From positions 2,208,001-2,272,000 of the forward strand of contig OZ245046.1 in assembly GCA_965224245.1 (NCBI GenBank): 64,000 nt of DNA. The letters are read 5' to 3'. Origin of the DNA: Candidatus Eiseniibacteriota bacterium (GTDB taxonomy: Bacteria; Eisenbacteria; RBG-16-71-46; CAZAMP01). The position numbers were made by a program, and so were the translations under genes. Of this stretch, positions 36,546-48,291 are shown piece after piece (position 1 is the stretch's first letter; each line of letters starts with the position of its first letter). The notes under the pieces are model-generated. The model saw only the letters and a program-made list of their open reading frames with translations. It was not told the origin of the DNA and did not search any database.

Positions 36546-36785
36546 CGGACGGCCCCGAGGGGTCCTTCCCGGGTCGTGATCTCAGGTCCGGCGGGGGGAG
36601 TTCCTGGCACGCGGCGTGAACGATCTTACGGCTGCCGCGTGCGGTCTCCCCACCCGGCGGTGTTCTCCACTCGACGGTGTCCGTGCGCCCAGCAGGGACG
36701 CCCCAGATCGATCCCGTGGCCGGCGCCTCTCCTCGAGCCCCGCGCCGCGCCGACAGCCCAAGCATCTCGACGGAGAGGGACGCCG

Positions 36786-39110
36786 ATGATCCACGCCGAT
36801 TACCCGGGTACACGCGCGTACGACCCGATCACCGCCCACGCCATCCACGACGACGGCATGCGCGGGAACGCCGCGAGCCCCGTCGGTCCGGGCGCGGCCC
36901 GTCATGCATGGTCGCTCCTCGCCATCCTCATCGTCACCGCGGCCCTTCTCCCCTCGGCCGCCTCCGCCCAGGTCGAGACCACCTTCGACACCGACCTCGA
37001 AGGCTGGGCCGTCTACGGCGACAACGTCTTCTACTGGGTCGCCGGCGAGGGCAACCCCGGCGGCTGCCTCCGCGTGGACGACGACGCCATCGGCCTCTAC
37101 AGCGTGGCCACGGCCCCGCCCGCCTACCTCGGAGACTGGTCCACGCTGAGTCCCGCCGACTCCCTCGCCTACGACGCGATCTACGAGGCCGCGAGCAGCA
37201 CCACGCCCTCCCCACCCGCCATCTTCCGGATCGAGGGCCCCGGCGGCGCCGCGTCGTACACCACGACCAGCTTCGGGCGTGACGTCTGGAATCACTTCTC
37301 GATCCCGATCGATCCCGCCGCGTGGACGATGGAGACCGGCACCTGGGCGTCGCTGATCACCGACGTGACCGCGTGCGAGCTCGCGGCCGAGATGATCTTC
37401 GGAGACGAGGTCGTGCGTCTCGACAACGTGCGGCTCGGGGGCACGCCGGGCGTCCCGGCCCAGCTCGCCGAGGTGGAGGACTTCGAGGACGGCATCATCG
37501 GCTGGACCGAGATCGGCACGACCATCTCGCCGGACCCCATGGACGGGAGCCCCGGCGCGTGCATCGTCGTCGACGAGCAGCGGAACGGCGGCGCGGTCGT
37601 CCTGCCCTCCTGGTTCGGCGGACCCTGGGATGCGTACGTGGACGACGGCGTGATCTCGTTCTCCTGGTTTCCGCCCGACCCCATCCACCCGGGAGGTGAG
37701 ATCCGGCTCGAGGTGCTGGGCCCCGGCGGCACCGCCCGGCATACGATCTCGACCGACCCGTACGTCGGCGCGAATCACCTCTGGCACCCGATCGTGATCC
37801 CGATCACCGAGTCGGCCTTCGACGTGACCGCCGGGACGTGGGAGGGCGTGGTGGCGCACGTGCAGAAGGTCCGGATCTCCTGCGACGTCACCGCCGGCAA
37901 CGACACATTCCGCCTCGACACCGTCTATCGCGGCGGGGCGGCCGGCGCGCCGGCCACCGAGCTGCCCATCGTCATCCAGGAGCCCGACGACTACGCGCTC
38001 TGTGACTACTGGACGTTCCGGAACGCGTCCGCCCTCGCGCGGAACCCCGCAGACGGCGTCCTCTACACGCTCGTGAACGAGCCTCCGGCCGACGGCGGTG
38101 GGGTGTACGCCGTGAACGGTCCCGCCGCCGGGTTCCGGCTGCACGCGTACGATCGGCCCGCCGGGCTCGTGTTCACCGACGACGGCGACGGCTTCGTCAG
38201 CGAGAACTACGCCGGACGCGTGTTCCGGTTCGTCGGCGCCGATTCGTCGATGACGTGGATCTCGTCCTTTCTGTCGGGCGACGACGATCCGGCCGGGCTC
38301 ACGATCGCCCCGACCGGGTTCGACGGCGGCGCGGTCTCGGCCGGCGATCTGATCGTGGTCGATCACGGGAACGGCGGCACCGACGCGTTCTGGGCCGCGT
38401 CCCCGGACGTTCCCGATCAGGCGCAGCAGCTCGTGGCCGATCCGGGCGCCGCGGACTGGTACGACGTGACCACCGACGGCGCGTCGCTGTGGGCCTGCGA
38501 TTCGTACAACGACGGCGTGCTCACGATCGCGGCGCCCGACGGCTCCACGACGTCGCTCGTCCTGTCCCAGACGCTGAGCGATCCGCGGGCCATCGCCTAC
38601 GACACCGGCGAGGACGTCCTCTACCTGACCACGAACTCCCCGCCGATCGGCCTCTACCGCGTGGATCCGGTGACCGGCGACGTCACGCTGGTGGCGAACG
38701 GCTTCGGTGCGTCCGGATACGGTAACCTCGAGATCGATCCCGTGGGACGTCGGCTCTGGGTCACCGATTCCGACAACAGCCGCGTGTACGAGATCTGCCT
38801 GCCCGCGGCGGCGGCGGTTCCCGACGCGGCGCGTCCGGGCTTCGGGCTCGCGATCGGTCCGTCACCGGTGAGGGCGTCCACCGTGGTCAAGCTGGAGCTC
38901 GATACACGGTCCGTCGTGCGGCTGCACGTGTTCGACGCATCCGGGCGGCGTGTGCGCCGCCTCGCCGACGGTGTCCGTGACGCGGGCACGCTGCGCATCG
39001 CCTGGGATGCACGCGACGATCGCGGGCACCGCGTCGAGCCGGGGATCTTCTTCGTGCGAGCGGAGTCGGACGGCGCGACCCGATCGGCCAAGCTCACCGT
39101 ACTCCGGTAG
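36786..39110 (+). CDS. Secreted protein: two laminin-B-like domains, beta-propeller, FlgD-Ig sorting domain
   Basis: GGAGAGGG RBS; tandem TFDTDLEGW..GNPGG..APPAYLGDWS and DFEDGIIGW..GSPGA..LPSWFGGPWD units; C-terminal VFDASGRRVRRL..WDARD..PGIFF. Confidence 0.75.
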   Translation: MIHADYPGTRAYDPITAHAIHDDGMRGNAASPVGPGAARHAWSLLAILIVTAALLPSAASAQVETTFDTDLEGWAVYGDNVFYWVAGEGNPGGCLRVDDDAIGLYSVATAPPAYLGDWSTLSPADSLAYDAIYEAASSTTPSPPAIFRIEGPGGAASYTTTSFGRDVWNHFSIPIDPAAWTMETGTWASLITDVTACELAAEMIFGDEVVRLDNVRLGGTPGVPAQLAEVEDFEDGIIGWTEIGTTISPDPMDGSPGACIVVDEQRNGGAVVLPSWFGGPWDAYVDDGVISFSWFPPDPIHPGGEIRLEVLGPGGTARHTISTDPYVGANHLWHPIVIPITESAFDVTAGTWEGVVAHVQKVRISCDVTAGNDTFRLDTVYRGGAAGAPATELPIVIQEPDDYALCDYWTFRNASALARNPADGVLYTLVNEPPADGGGVYAVNGPAAGFRLHAYDRPAGLVFTDDGDGFVSENYAGRVFRFVGADSSMTWISSFLSGDDDPAGLTIAPTGFDGGAVSAGDLIVVDHGNGGTDAFWAASPDVPDQAQQLVADPGAADWYDVTTDGASLWACDSYNDGVLTIAAPDGSTTSLVLSQTLSDPRAIAYDTGEDVLYLTTNSPPIGLYRVDPVTGDVTLVANGFGASGYGNLEIDPVGRRLWVTDSDNSRVYEICLPAAAAVPDAARPGFGLAIGPSPVRASTVVKLELDTRSVVRLHVFDASGRRVRRLADGVRDAGTLRIAWDARDDRGHRVEPGIFFVRAESDGATRSAKLTVLR

Positions 39111-39253
39111 ATCCCGACGATCCGAGCGATCGCGAGCGGAGATGACGAATGGTGCGTTCGATCGCACCATTCGTCTTGTGCCCGGCGATCGATTGACCGT
39201 ATGGTTGCCCGTCGACTCGCCCGCGCCAGCCAGTTCCAGGACGGGAGCGCCAC

Positions 39254-40039
39254 ATGACGCCGCGACCCGCGGTATCCGTCGATCATCTGGCAGCCTTCGC
39301 GGTCGCCGCGCTCGCAGGGGCCGCCGGGCTGTGGATCCTGCGTCGCCGCGCGGTGGCGATTCCCACGAGCATCGTGATCCTGACCGCCGGCATCGGGCTC
39401 GCCGGCCTCGGCGTGGTGGCCTTCGCCCGGCCGATCGTGCGCATGACGCTGGCGCCGCCCGAGGCGCGCGCGTTTCCCCTCCCCGCGATCATGCGGGCGG
39501 CCTGGTTCTGCCTGGGGCTCGGCACGGGCGTGGTGGCCACGTGGGCGCTGGGGTCGGGCAAGACGCGACGAACCGACCGCGTCTTCGTGTGCTACCGGCG
39601 AGCCGACAGCGCCGACGCCGTCGGGCGGGTCGTCGATCGACTCGCCGCTCGCTTCGGCGTCGATCGCGTCGTCCGGGACGTCCACAGCGTCGGGGGTGGC
39701 GGCAACGTGCGCGAGCTGATCCGGCGGTACCTCGCGGAGTCGAGCGCGTTGATCGCCGTCATCGGTCCCCGCTGGCTCGATGCCGCCGGTGAGGACGGAT
39801 CACGTCGTCTGGACGATCCGTCGGACTTCGTGACGCTCGAGATCGAGACCGCGCTGGCCTTCGGCCTCCACGTGATCCCGGTCCTCGTGGGAGGCGCCCG
39901 CTTGCCCCCTCGCGACGCGCTGCCCCCACGCATCGCCGCGCTCGCCGACCGCAACGCGATGTCGGTTCGGCCCGATCCCGACTTCGAGACCGACGTCCTG
40001 CGCCTGATCGAGACCATCGAGCGCGCCGGCACGGCATAG
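39254..40039 (+). CDS. Membrane protein with three N-terminal TM helices and C-terminal TIR (TIR_2) domain
   Basis: VFVCYRRADS, IAVIGPRWL, RRLDDPSDFVTLEIETAL, VIPVLV. Confidence 0.88.
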   Translation: MTPRPAVSVDHLAAFAVAALAGAAGLWILRRRAVAIPTSIVILTAGIGLAGLGVVAFARPIVRMTLAPPEARAFPLPAIMRAAWFCLGLGTGVVATWALGSGKTRRTDRVFVCYRRADSADAVGRVVDRLAARFGVDRVVRDVHSVGGGGNVRELIRRYLAESSALIAVIGPRWLDAAGEDGSRRLDDPSDFVTLEIETALAFGLHVIPVLVGGARLPPRDALPPRIAALADRNAMSVRPDPDFETDVLRLIETIERAGTA

Positions 40040-40484
40040 ACGTCCTTGCCGGACCTCGGGTCACCGAGCCCCATCCCGATCCACGACGCGATCGAGGGCC
40101 ACGACGCGCCCCGCGACACCGACGGCATCTCCGGTTGGAGACCGGCGTCCTCCCCCGCGGCGGTGCCCGGGGCTCGCGCGGCATGGCGACGATCGTCCCC
40201 GGCACCGGTCGTCTCGAGGCCCGAGGACCGGGCGGTCCGCATGAGAGCCGCCGCCCCGGTGGGCACGGCCGACCCCTGAGCGGCCGCCCGCTCGACGCTC
40301 GGTGCCACGCCGCCCTGGCCGAGACACCCCGCCAGCTTCGTCCCCGGGCTCCGTCGATCCCCGACGTAGCGAGTCGGGATGGGGGCATGGACCCCGGCGA
40401 GTTCCGGAGGGAATCAGACCGCGCGTCGAGCGCGCGGCCGCCCGAGGACTGTTTGAGCAGAGGGGTTCATGCCCCCATCCCGGC

Positions 40485-40530
40485 TCGCGGAACGCGAGGT
40501 CGTCGCGGAACGCGAGGTCGTCGCGAAACG
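40485..40530. repeat. 18-bp tandem repeat (two copies plus a partial third)
   Basis: TCGCGGAACGCGAGGTCG at 40485 and 40503, partial at 40521. Confidence 0.85.
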
Positions 40531-40546
40531 GCGGCACACGCTCCGA

Positions 40547-42469
<1,923 letters not shown>

Positions 42470-44260
42470 CTAGCGATCACCCCTTTCAGCCGACGCCGGT
42501 TCACCCGCTCGACCGATCTCTTCGAGTCTCTTCTTCACATCCAGAAACCGAGCGGCCAGCCGATCCGCTTCCTCCTGGTCGCCGCGTCGCGACGACTCTC
42601 CGATCGCGCGCCGGAGACGATCCGCCTCCCGCTCCAGCGCCATGCGCGGCAGGCTCGTGGCGAGATCTCGCTGGAGCTGTCGCAGCACCGCCGTGCTCGG
42701 CGGCGGCTCCGCGGCCACCGCCATCACGAACGCCCGCACCGCGTCGTCGTGCACCTGGTCGCGCAGGCTCGCCGGGGCCACGGGGGCCTCGGACGCACCG
42801 ATCCGGTCCAGCAGCTCGAAGACGCAAGGACGTACGCGGCGCGACAGGGTCTGGCGGATCCCCTCGTGGGCCAGGAGCTCGGCCAGCTCGCCCCAGAACG
42901 ACGGATCGGCCAGCACCGCGCGCAGGAGATCGGCCTCGACCCCGGTCACCTCGCGTCCTCCGGGACGTCGGACCGCCACCGGCACCGGGCCTCCGCGGCC
43001 GGCCGTCCTCGCCTCGACCGCATCCACGAACGTCGTCTCGTCGAACTTGAACCAGTCGGCGGCGCGCGCAGAGAGCTCACGCCGCGGGATGCGCTCGGGC
43101 ACGCGCGCCACGAGCGACGCCAGGCGATCCACGGCGGCGGGCTTGGGATCGCCCCGCGACTGGCGGTAGAAGAACCCGACGACGTCCTGGCGGGCCTCGA
43201 CCCGCGCTCCGAATGCCTCGGCGCCCCCCTCGCGCACGATGTCGTCCGGGTCCTGTCCCTTCGACAGCTCGACCGCCGACACGGTCACACCGGTGGGCAG
43301 GAGCGTCTCGAACCCGCGAAGCGCCGCGCGGAGACCGGCCTCGTCTCCGTCGAACACGAACACGATCTCGGGCGCGAACCGCGACAGCACCCGGGCGTGG
43401 TCCGCGGTGACCGCGGTCCCGCAGGTGGCCACCGCGTTGGTGACCCCGGCCTGGTGCAGCGCGAGCACGTCCATGTAGCCTTCGACGATGATCACGCGCT
43501 TCTCCTGCCGGGCCAGCGTTCGCGCCTCGCGGATGCCGTACAGCACCGAGCTCTTGTGATAGACCGGCGTCTCGGGCGAGTTCAGGTACTTGGGCTCCTC
43601 GTCGCCCAGGACGCGACCGCCGAAGCCGACCACCCGCCCCGACGGACCGGTGATCGGGAAGACGATCCGATCGCGGAACCGGTCGTAGTGCCGGCCCGAC
43701 TTCTTGCCCGGAATGGCCAGCCCCGCCCGCTCCAGCGCCGCCGGGTCCCGGTGGCGGGCCAGCGCCCGGATGAGGTTGTCCCACCCCGCCGGAGCCAGCC
43801 CCAGCCGATAGCGCGCGATCGTCTCGTCGGTGAGCCCGCGCCCGGCCAGGTACGTCCGCGCCGGTCCGCCTCGGGGGCCGCCGAGCTCGGAGACGAAGAA
43901 GCGCGCGGCCAGCTCCAGCGTCTCGGAGATCTCGGCCCGGACGTCGTCCGCCTCGTCGTGGACGTCGCGGTCGGGGACCTCGACCCCCACCTCGGCGCCG
44001 AGCTGTCGCACGGCCTCGGGGAAGCTGAGGCCGTCGGTCTTCATGACGAAATCGAACACCGAGCCTCCTTCCCCGCATCCGAAGCAATGAAAGTTCTGAC
44101 TGTCCGGAAACACCTTGAACGACGGCGTCTTCTCGCGATGAAACGGGCACAGGCCCGAGAAGTGATTACCCGTCTGCTTGAGGGTGACGCTCTGACCCAC
44201 GATGGCCACGATGTCCGCCGCCTGGCGAATGCGATCGATGACGTCTTTCGGTATGGTCAC
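42470..44260 (-). CDS. dnaG: DNA primase
   Basis: CPFHREKTPSF, HCFGC, FRDRIVFPI, KYLNSPET, VEGYMDV, FDGDEAG. Confidence 0.97.
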   Translation of the reverse strand: MTIPKDVIDRIRQAADIVAIVGQSVTLKQTGNHFSGLCPFHREKTPSFKVFPDSQNFHCFGCGEGGSVFDFVMKTDGLSFPEAVRQLGAEVGVEVPDRDVHDEADDVRAEISETLELAARFFVSELGGPRGGPARTYLAGRGLTDETIARYRLGLAPAGWDNLIRALARHRDPAALERAGLAIPGKKSGRHYDRFRDRIVFPITGPSGRVVGFGGRVLGDEEPKYLNSPETPVYHKSSVLYGIREARTLARQEKRVIIVEGYMDVLALHQAGVTNAVATCGTAVTADHARVLSRFAPEIVFVFDGDEAGLRAALRGFETLLPTGVTVSAVELSKGQDPDDIVREGGAEAFGARVEARQDVVGFFYRQSRGDPKPAAVDRLASLVARVPERIPRRELSARAADWFKFDETTFVDAVEARTAGRGGPVPVAVRRPGGREVTGVEADLLRAVLADPSFWGELAELLAHEGIRQTLSRRVRPCVFELLDRIGASEAPVAPASLRDQVHDDAVRAFVMAVAAEPPPSTAVLRQLQRDLATSLPRMALEREADRLRRAIGESSRRGDQEEADRLAARFLDVKKRLEEIGRAGEPASAERGDR

Positions 44261-44297
44261 GCGCTCTCCGTCCCCGACCGCGCACACGCGCGCGGAC

Positions 44298-46709
44298 TCA
44301 GCGATCCCCCAGCTGAACGATGGTCACTCCCTCTCCGCCCTCGCCGGGCTCTCCCAGCCGCATCGAGATCACGCCGAAGTGCCCCGACAAAACCTGGTTG
44401 ACACGCTTGCGGAGAACTCCGGTTCCCTTCCCGTGGATGATCCGAACGACACCGACGCCGGCCAGGAGCGCCTTGTCGAGGTACTGATCGAGCACCGGCC
44501 CCACGTCGCCGCCGGCCATGCCGCGCAGGTCGAGCTCGGTCGGGACGTGGCTGTCGGTCGACACGTGCGTCGTCACGCGCCCCTTGCCCGGCGCCGGTGC
44601 CGGGCGCTTGCCCGCCGCGCGGCCCGTGGGCACCTTGCGGAGCCGATCCACCTTCACGTCGATCCGGAACGACCCCTTGGAGATGTGCACCATCCCACGG
44701 TCGCTGGGCCGCTCGTCACACGTGGCGATGGCGCCCAGGTCGAGGCTCCAGACCGGAACGCCGGCCGCGATCTCGGCCACGTCGATCCGCTCGTAGTCGT
44801 CGCCGACGGGCGGGGTGTGGTCCTGCGGCCGATTGGCCTCGGCCGCACGTCGCTGCTCGCGCACCGCCCGTCCCGTGGCCTCGACCTCTCGCGCCGCCGG
44901 GTGCGGGCTGTCGACCAGCTTTCGCCGCGTCTCCTTGACGACCTTCTCGGCGTCCTGGAGCATGCGATCGACCTCGACCGCCGCCTCGGACCGGGCCTTC
45001 TCGAGGATGTCGCGTGCCCGCGCCTCGCGCGCCTCGACCTCGCGCAGGCGCTCGGTGGCGTCGGCGAGCGTGCGATCGGCCTCCTGGCGCTCGTGCCGGA
45101 GCCGCTCGCGCTCGGCCTCGACGTCGGCGAGCAGCTGATCCATGCGCCGCTCCTCGTCCGACAGGAGCGTTCGCGCCCGCGCCAGGACCGCGGCCGGGAA
45201 CGCCAGACGCGTGGCCACTTCGAACGCGCGACTGCGCCCCGGTGTTCCCAGATCCAGCGTGAATCTCGAGCTCAGCGTCGACTCGTCGAACGTCATCGAT
45301 CCGTTCACGGCGTTCGAATGCTCGGCCGCGAAGTCCTTCAGCGGCCCGAGGTGGGTCGTGGCCACGATGTGGGTCTCCGGGCCGTCGAGCGCCTCGAGGT
45401 AGGCCCGCGCCAGGGCCCCACCCTCGGCCGGATCGGTGCCCGTGCCCAGCTCGTCCAGGAGGATCAGCGCCGGCGCCCCCGACGACTCGAGGAACTCCCC
45501 GAGATGCTTGAGATGCGAGGCGAACGTGCTGAGGTTCTCGGAGATCGACTGCTCGTCACCGATGTCCGCGCACACGCGGCGGAAGAGCGGGAGTCCGGTG
45601 CCCGGCTGGGCCAGCACCGGCAGCGCACAGGCCGCCATCGTGCACACGAGACCGAGCGTCTTCAGGGCCACCGTCTTGCCGCCCATGTTGGGACCGGTCA
45701 GGATCAGGATCCGCTGCTCGGGGCCGAGCTCGAGGTCGAGGCCCACGATGTCGTCCGGCGAGCCCGCCTCGTCCACCATCACCGGGTGCTTCGCACCGAC
45801 GATGCGGACGTGGCCGGCCCGCTCGGTCACGTCGGGGACGATCATGCCCATCTCGGCCGCCGTCTGCGCGATGGCGCGGAGGACGTCGAGGCGCGCGAGC
45901 ACGTCCAGGTTCGTCTTCAGACCGTCGGCGAAGTCAGCGACCCGGGCCGTCAGATCGGCCAGGATCCGGCGACACTCGATCTGCGCCTCGGCCTCGCACC
46001 GGGACAGCGCGTTGTTCTCCTCCACGACCACGAACGGCTCGACGAACAGCGTCTGGCCGCTCGCCGACTGATCGTGCACGATCCCGCGCGCCTTCCCCCG
46101 ATCGCGCGAGGGCACCGGGATCACGTAGCGCCCTCCCCGGAACGTCACGTACTGCTCGCGGTCCTCGCTCAGCCCCAGCGTCCCGAAGAGCCCCTCAAGC
46201 CGCTGGCGGAGGGACTCGCGCAGCGACACGGACTGCCGCCGGAGCTTGGCCAGCTTCGGCGATGCATTGTCGAGGATCTCACCGTTGGGACCGATGGCGT
46301 GCGTGATGCGGGTCTCGAGATCGCGGGAGGGGTAGAGCGCCTCGGCCAGATCGGAGAGCCCCGGCCCTGCGTGCTCGGCGCGCTCGAGGCCCGTCTTGAC
46401 GTCGCGCACCACGCGCAGGAAGCGGGCGACCTGGAGGAGCTCGTCGGCCTCGATGACCGCGCCCTCGGCGCCCAGTCGCGCCACGAGCGGGCGGACGTCG
46501 TCGTGAGAGGTGCTCGCGAAGCCGTTCGTGGAGAGCTGGAGATCGATGGCCTCGCGCGTGAGCTGACGCTGGCGCTCGAAGCTGGCCCAGTCGTCGAACG
46601 GCGTGCGCGCCAGTAGGGCCTCGCGCCCGGCCGCCGACTGTGCGCGCGCCGCGAACAGCGCGAGCACGCGATCGAACTCGAGCACCGCCAGCGTGTGCGT
46701 CGTGATCAA
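44298..46709 (-). CDS. mutS2: MutS2 family ATPase with Smr domain
   Basis: HDQSASGQTLFVEP, TGPNMGGKT, DIGDEQSI..LSTF, DELGTGTDP, LDLRG..IIHGKGTGVLR. Confidence 0.95.
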   Translation of the reverse strand: MITTHTLAVLEFDRVLALFAARAQSAAGREALLARTPFDDWASFERQRQLTREAIDLQLSTNGFASTSHDDVRPLVARLGAEGAVIEADELLQVARFLRVVRDVKTGLERAEHAGPGLSDLAEALYPSRDLETRITHAIGPNGEILDNASPKLAKLRRQSVSLRESLRQRLEGLFGTLGLSEDREQYVTFRGGRYVIPVPSRDRGKARGIVHDQSASGQTLFVEPFVVVEENNALSRCEAEAQIECRRILADLTARVADFADGLKTNLDVLARLDVLRAIAQTAAEMGMIVPDVTERAGHVRIVGAKHPVMVDEAGSPDDIVGLDLELGPEQRILILTGPNMGGKTVALKTLGLVCTMAACALPVLAQPGTGLPLFRRVCADIGDEQSISENLSTFASHLKHLGEFLESSGAPALILLDELGTGTDPAEGGALARAYLEALDGPETHIVATTHLGPLKDFAAEHSNAVNGSMTFDESTLSSRFTLDLGTPGRSRAFEVATRLAFPAAVLARARTLLSDEERRMDQLLADVEAERERLRHERQEADRTLADATERLREVEAREARARDILEKARSEAAVEVDRMLQDAEKVVKETRRKLVDSPHPAAREVEATGRAVREQRRAAEANRPQDHTPPVGDDYERIDVAEIAAGVPVWSLDLGAIATCDERPSDRGMVHISKGSFRIDVKVDRLRKVPTGRAAGKRPAPAPGKGRVTTHVSTDSHVPTELDLRGMAGGDVGPVLDQYLDKALLAGVGVVRIIHGKGTGVLRKRVNQVLSGHFGVISMRLGEPGEGGEGVTIVQLGDR

Positions 46710-47108
46710 GTCGCACTCCAGCAACCGAGGTCCGGCCCGTGGCCGCGACCCCAGAAAGCCTGGCCTCGGGGAGCGTCCGCCCGGTGGACGAGCCGTCGCA
46801 CGGCCCGACGCCGAGACCGACGTGATCCCCGGTGCGTTCCCTGCGGGCAGTCGTCGGGCACACCGCGACGCCGTCGCGTCGCGGGCGCCACCTCGTCACG
46901 GACGAGGCGGACGACCGCTCATCGGGTACGCGCCTCCAGGCGACACGTCCACTGGGCACTGCGCCCGGACCGAGCCGTCGAGCCCGAACCGGCGTCAGTG
47001 CCGAGAGAATGCCGGCGCGGCGCATCACGCGTCCGCGTCAGCGAGAGTCGGCTTAAACAGATTGGGTCCTGGGAGCCGGCCGCGCGTGCGCCGCGCGCCC
47101 ACGGCGTC

Positions 47109-47336
47109 CTAGGAACGGCGGCGACGCGGCCCGCGCGCCTTGGCCTCCGCCTTGCGCTGGCGGAGCAACGCCTTGCGTCGAGCTGTCGCGATCTTACGTT
47201 TGCGGCGCTCCGAAGGTTTCTCGTAGCGCTGGTGCTTGCGTACGTCGGCCATGATCCCGGCCTTCTCGCACTGACGCTTGAAACGCTTCAGAGCCCGCTC
47301 GAAGGGCTCATTGTCCTTGACGCGAACGATTGGCAT
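47109..47336 (-). CDS. rpsU: 30S ribosomal protein bS21
   Basis: [32 protein letters not shown]. Confidence 0.97.
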   Translation of the reverse strand: MPIVRVKDNEPFERALKRFKRQCEKAGIMADVRKHQRYEKPSERRKRKIATARRKALLRQRKAEAKARGPRRRRS

Positions 47337-47526
47337 CGAGCCTCATCCCTTCCGGTTTCGACGGGCGACCCCGCTCCCGGCGAGGTCCGTTTGGGTCGTG
47401 GTCGGTGATCTCGCGGCCGCCGAGCCCGGGGGGCGACGGACGGCGGACCCGGGCCCTGAACGGCCGGATCCGCCGGAGAGTCGCCTGGAAACGTGCTCGC
47501 GGGCAGAATGCTGACCGAGCAGGCTA

Positions 47527-48291
47527 TCAGCCTCCGGGGACCATCGTCAAGCCGAGAGCCGCCACCAGCGCGATCGCGGCGGTCTCGGCCCGAAGACGGG
47601 TCGGCCCGAGCGAGACGGCCTCGAAGCCCGCGTCCTCGAGGAGCGACCACTCCTCGCCGGTGAAGTCGCCCTCGGGCCCCACGACGAGCGCCGCCGGATC
47701 GGCCCACGGGGACGGCTCGGCCCCCGCGGCCGCCACGGCGTCCGGGGGCCGGCCCCCCGGACGGGCCATCCACCGGAGGCCGGTCTCGCCCAGCCCGGCC
47801 ACCCAGTCGCCCAGGCTCGCCGGCGCGTCCAGCTCCGGCGGGCGCGATCGCAGCGACTGCATCGCCGCGCTCCGGATCACGCGGGCCCACCGATCGGGTC
47901 GCTCCGGCCGATGCTGTGTCCGCGCGGAGAGGATCGGCGTGAAGCGGCCGACGCCGAGCTCCACGCACTTCTCGAGCAGCGTCTCGGTGCGGCCGGACCG
48001 GAGGATCGGAAAGCCCAGATGGACGGCCCGCCGGGGCTCGGTGGGCGCCGGCATCACGCGCTCCACGGCGACCTCGATGGCCTGCCGGTCGCTGGAGGCG
48101 ATGCGTCCGACGATCCAGCCGCCGGCGCCGTCGGCCAGGTAGACCTCGGCGTCTCGGCGCTTCCGGACGACCGAGGCCAGGTGATGCGACGTCTCCGCGT
48201 CGAGCGTGACGCGCTCGCCGGCGCTCGCCGCGCGTCCGTACCAGAACAGGAGCCCCGGCCACCCGGGATCGGGTGAGGCCCGCTCGCTCAT
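47527..48291 (-). CDS. rsmE: 16S rRNA m3U1498 methyltransferase
   Basis: HHLASVVR, EKCVELGV, VGPEGDF, LGPTRLRAETAA. Confidence 0.93.
   Translation of the reverse strand: MSERASPDPGWPGLLFWYGRAASAGERVTLDAETSHHLASVVRKRRDAEVYLADGAGGWIVGRIASSDRQAIEVAVERVMPAPTEPRRAVHLGFPILRSGRTETLLEKCVELGVGRFTPILSARTQHRPERPDRWARVIRSAAMQSLRSRPPELDAPASLGDWVAGLGETGLRWMARPGGRPPDAVAAAGAEPSPWADPAALVVGPEGDFTGEEWSLLEDAGFEAVSLGPTRLRAETAAIALVAALGLTMVPGG

Noticed and set aside
36581-36600. TCAGGTCCGG resembling the SRP RNA core
   Set aside because: The following AAGGAAGCAGC motif is absent
40485-40530. Direct repeats as a possible CRISPR array
   Set aside because: Contiguous 18-bp tandem copies without spacers, and no cas genes
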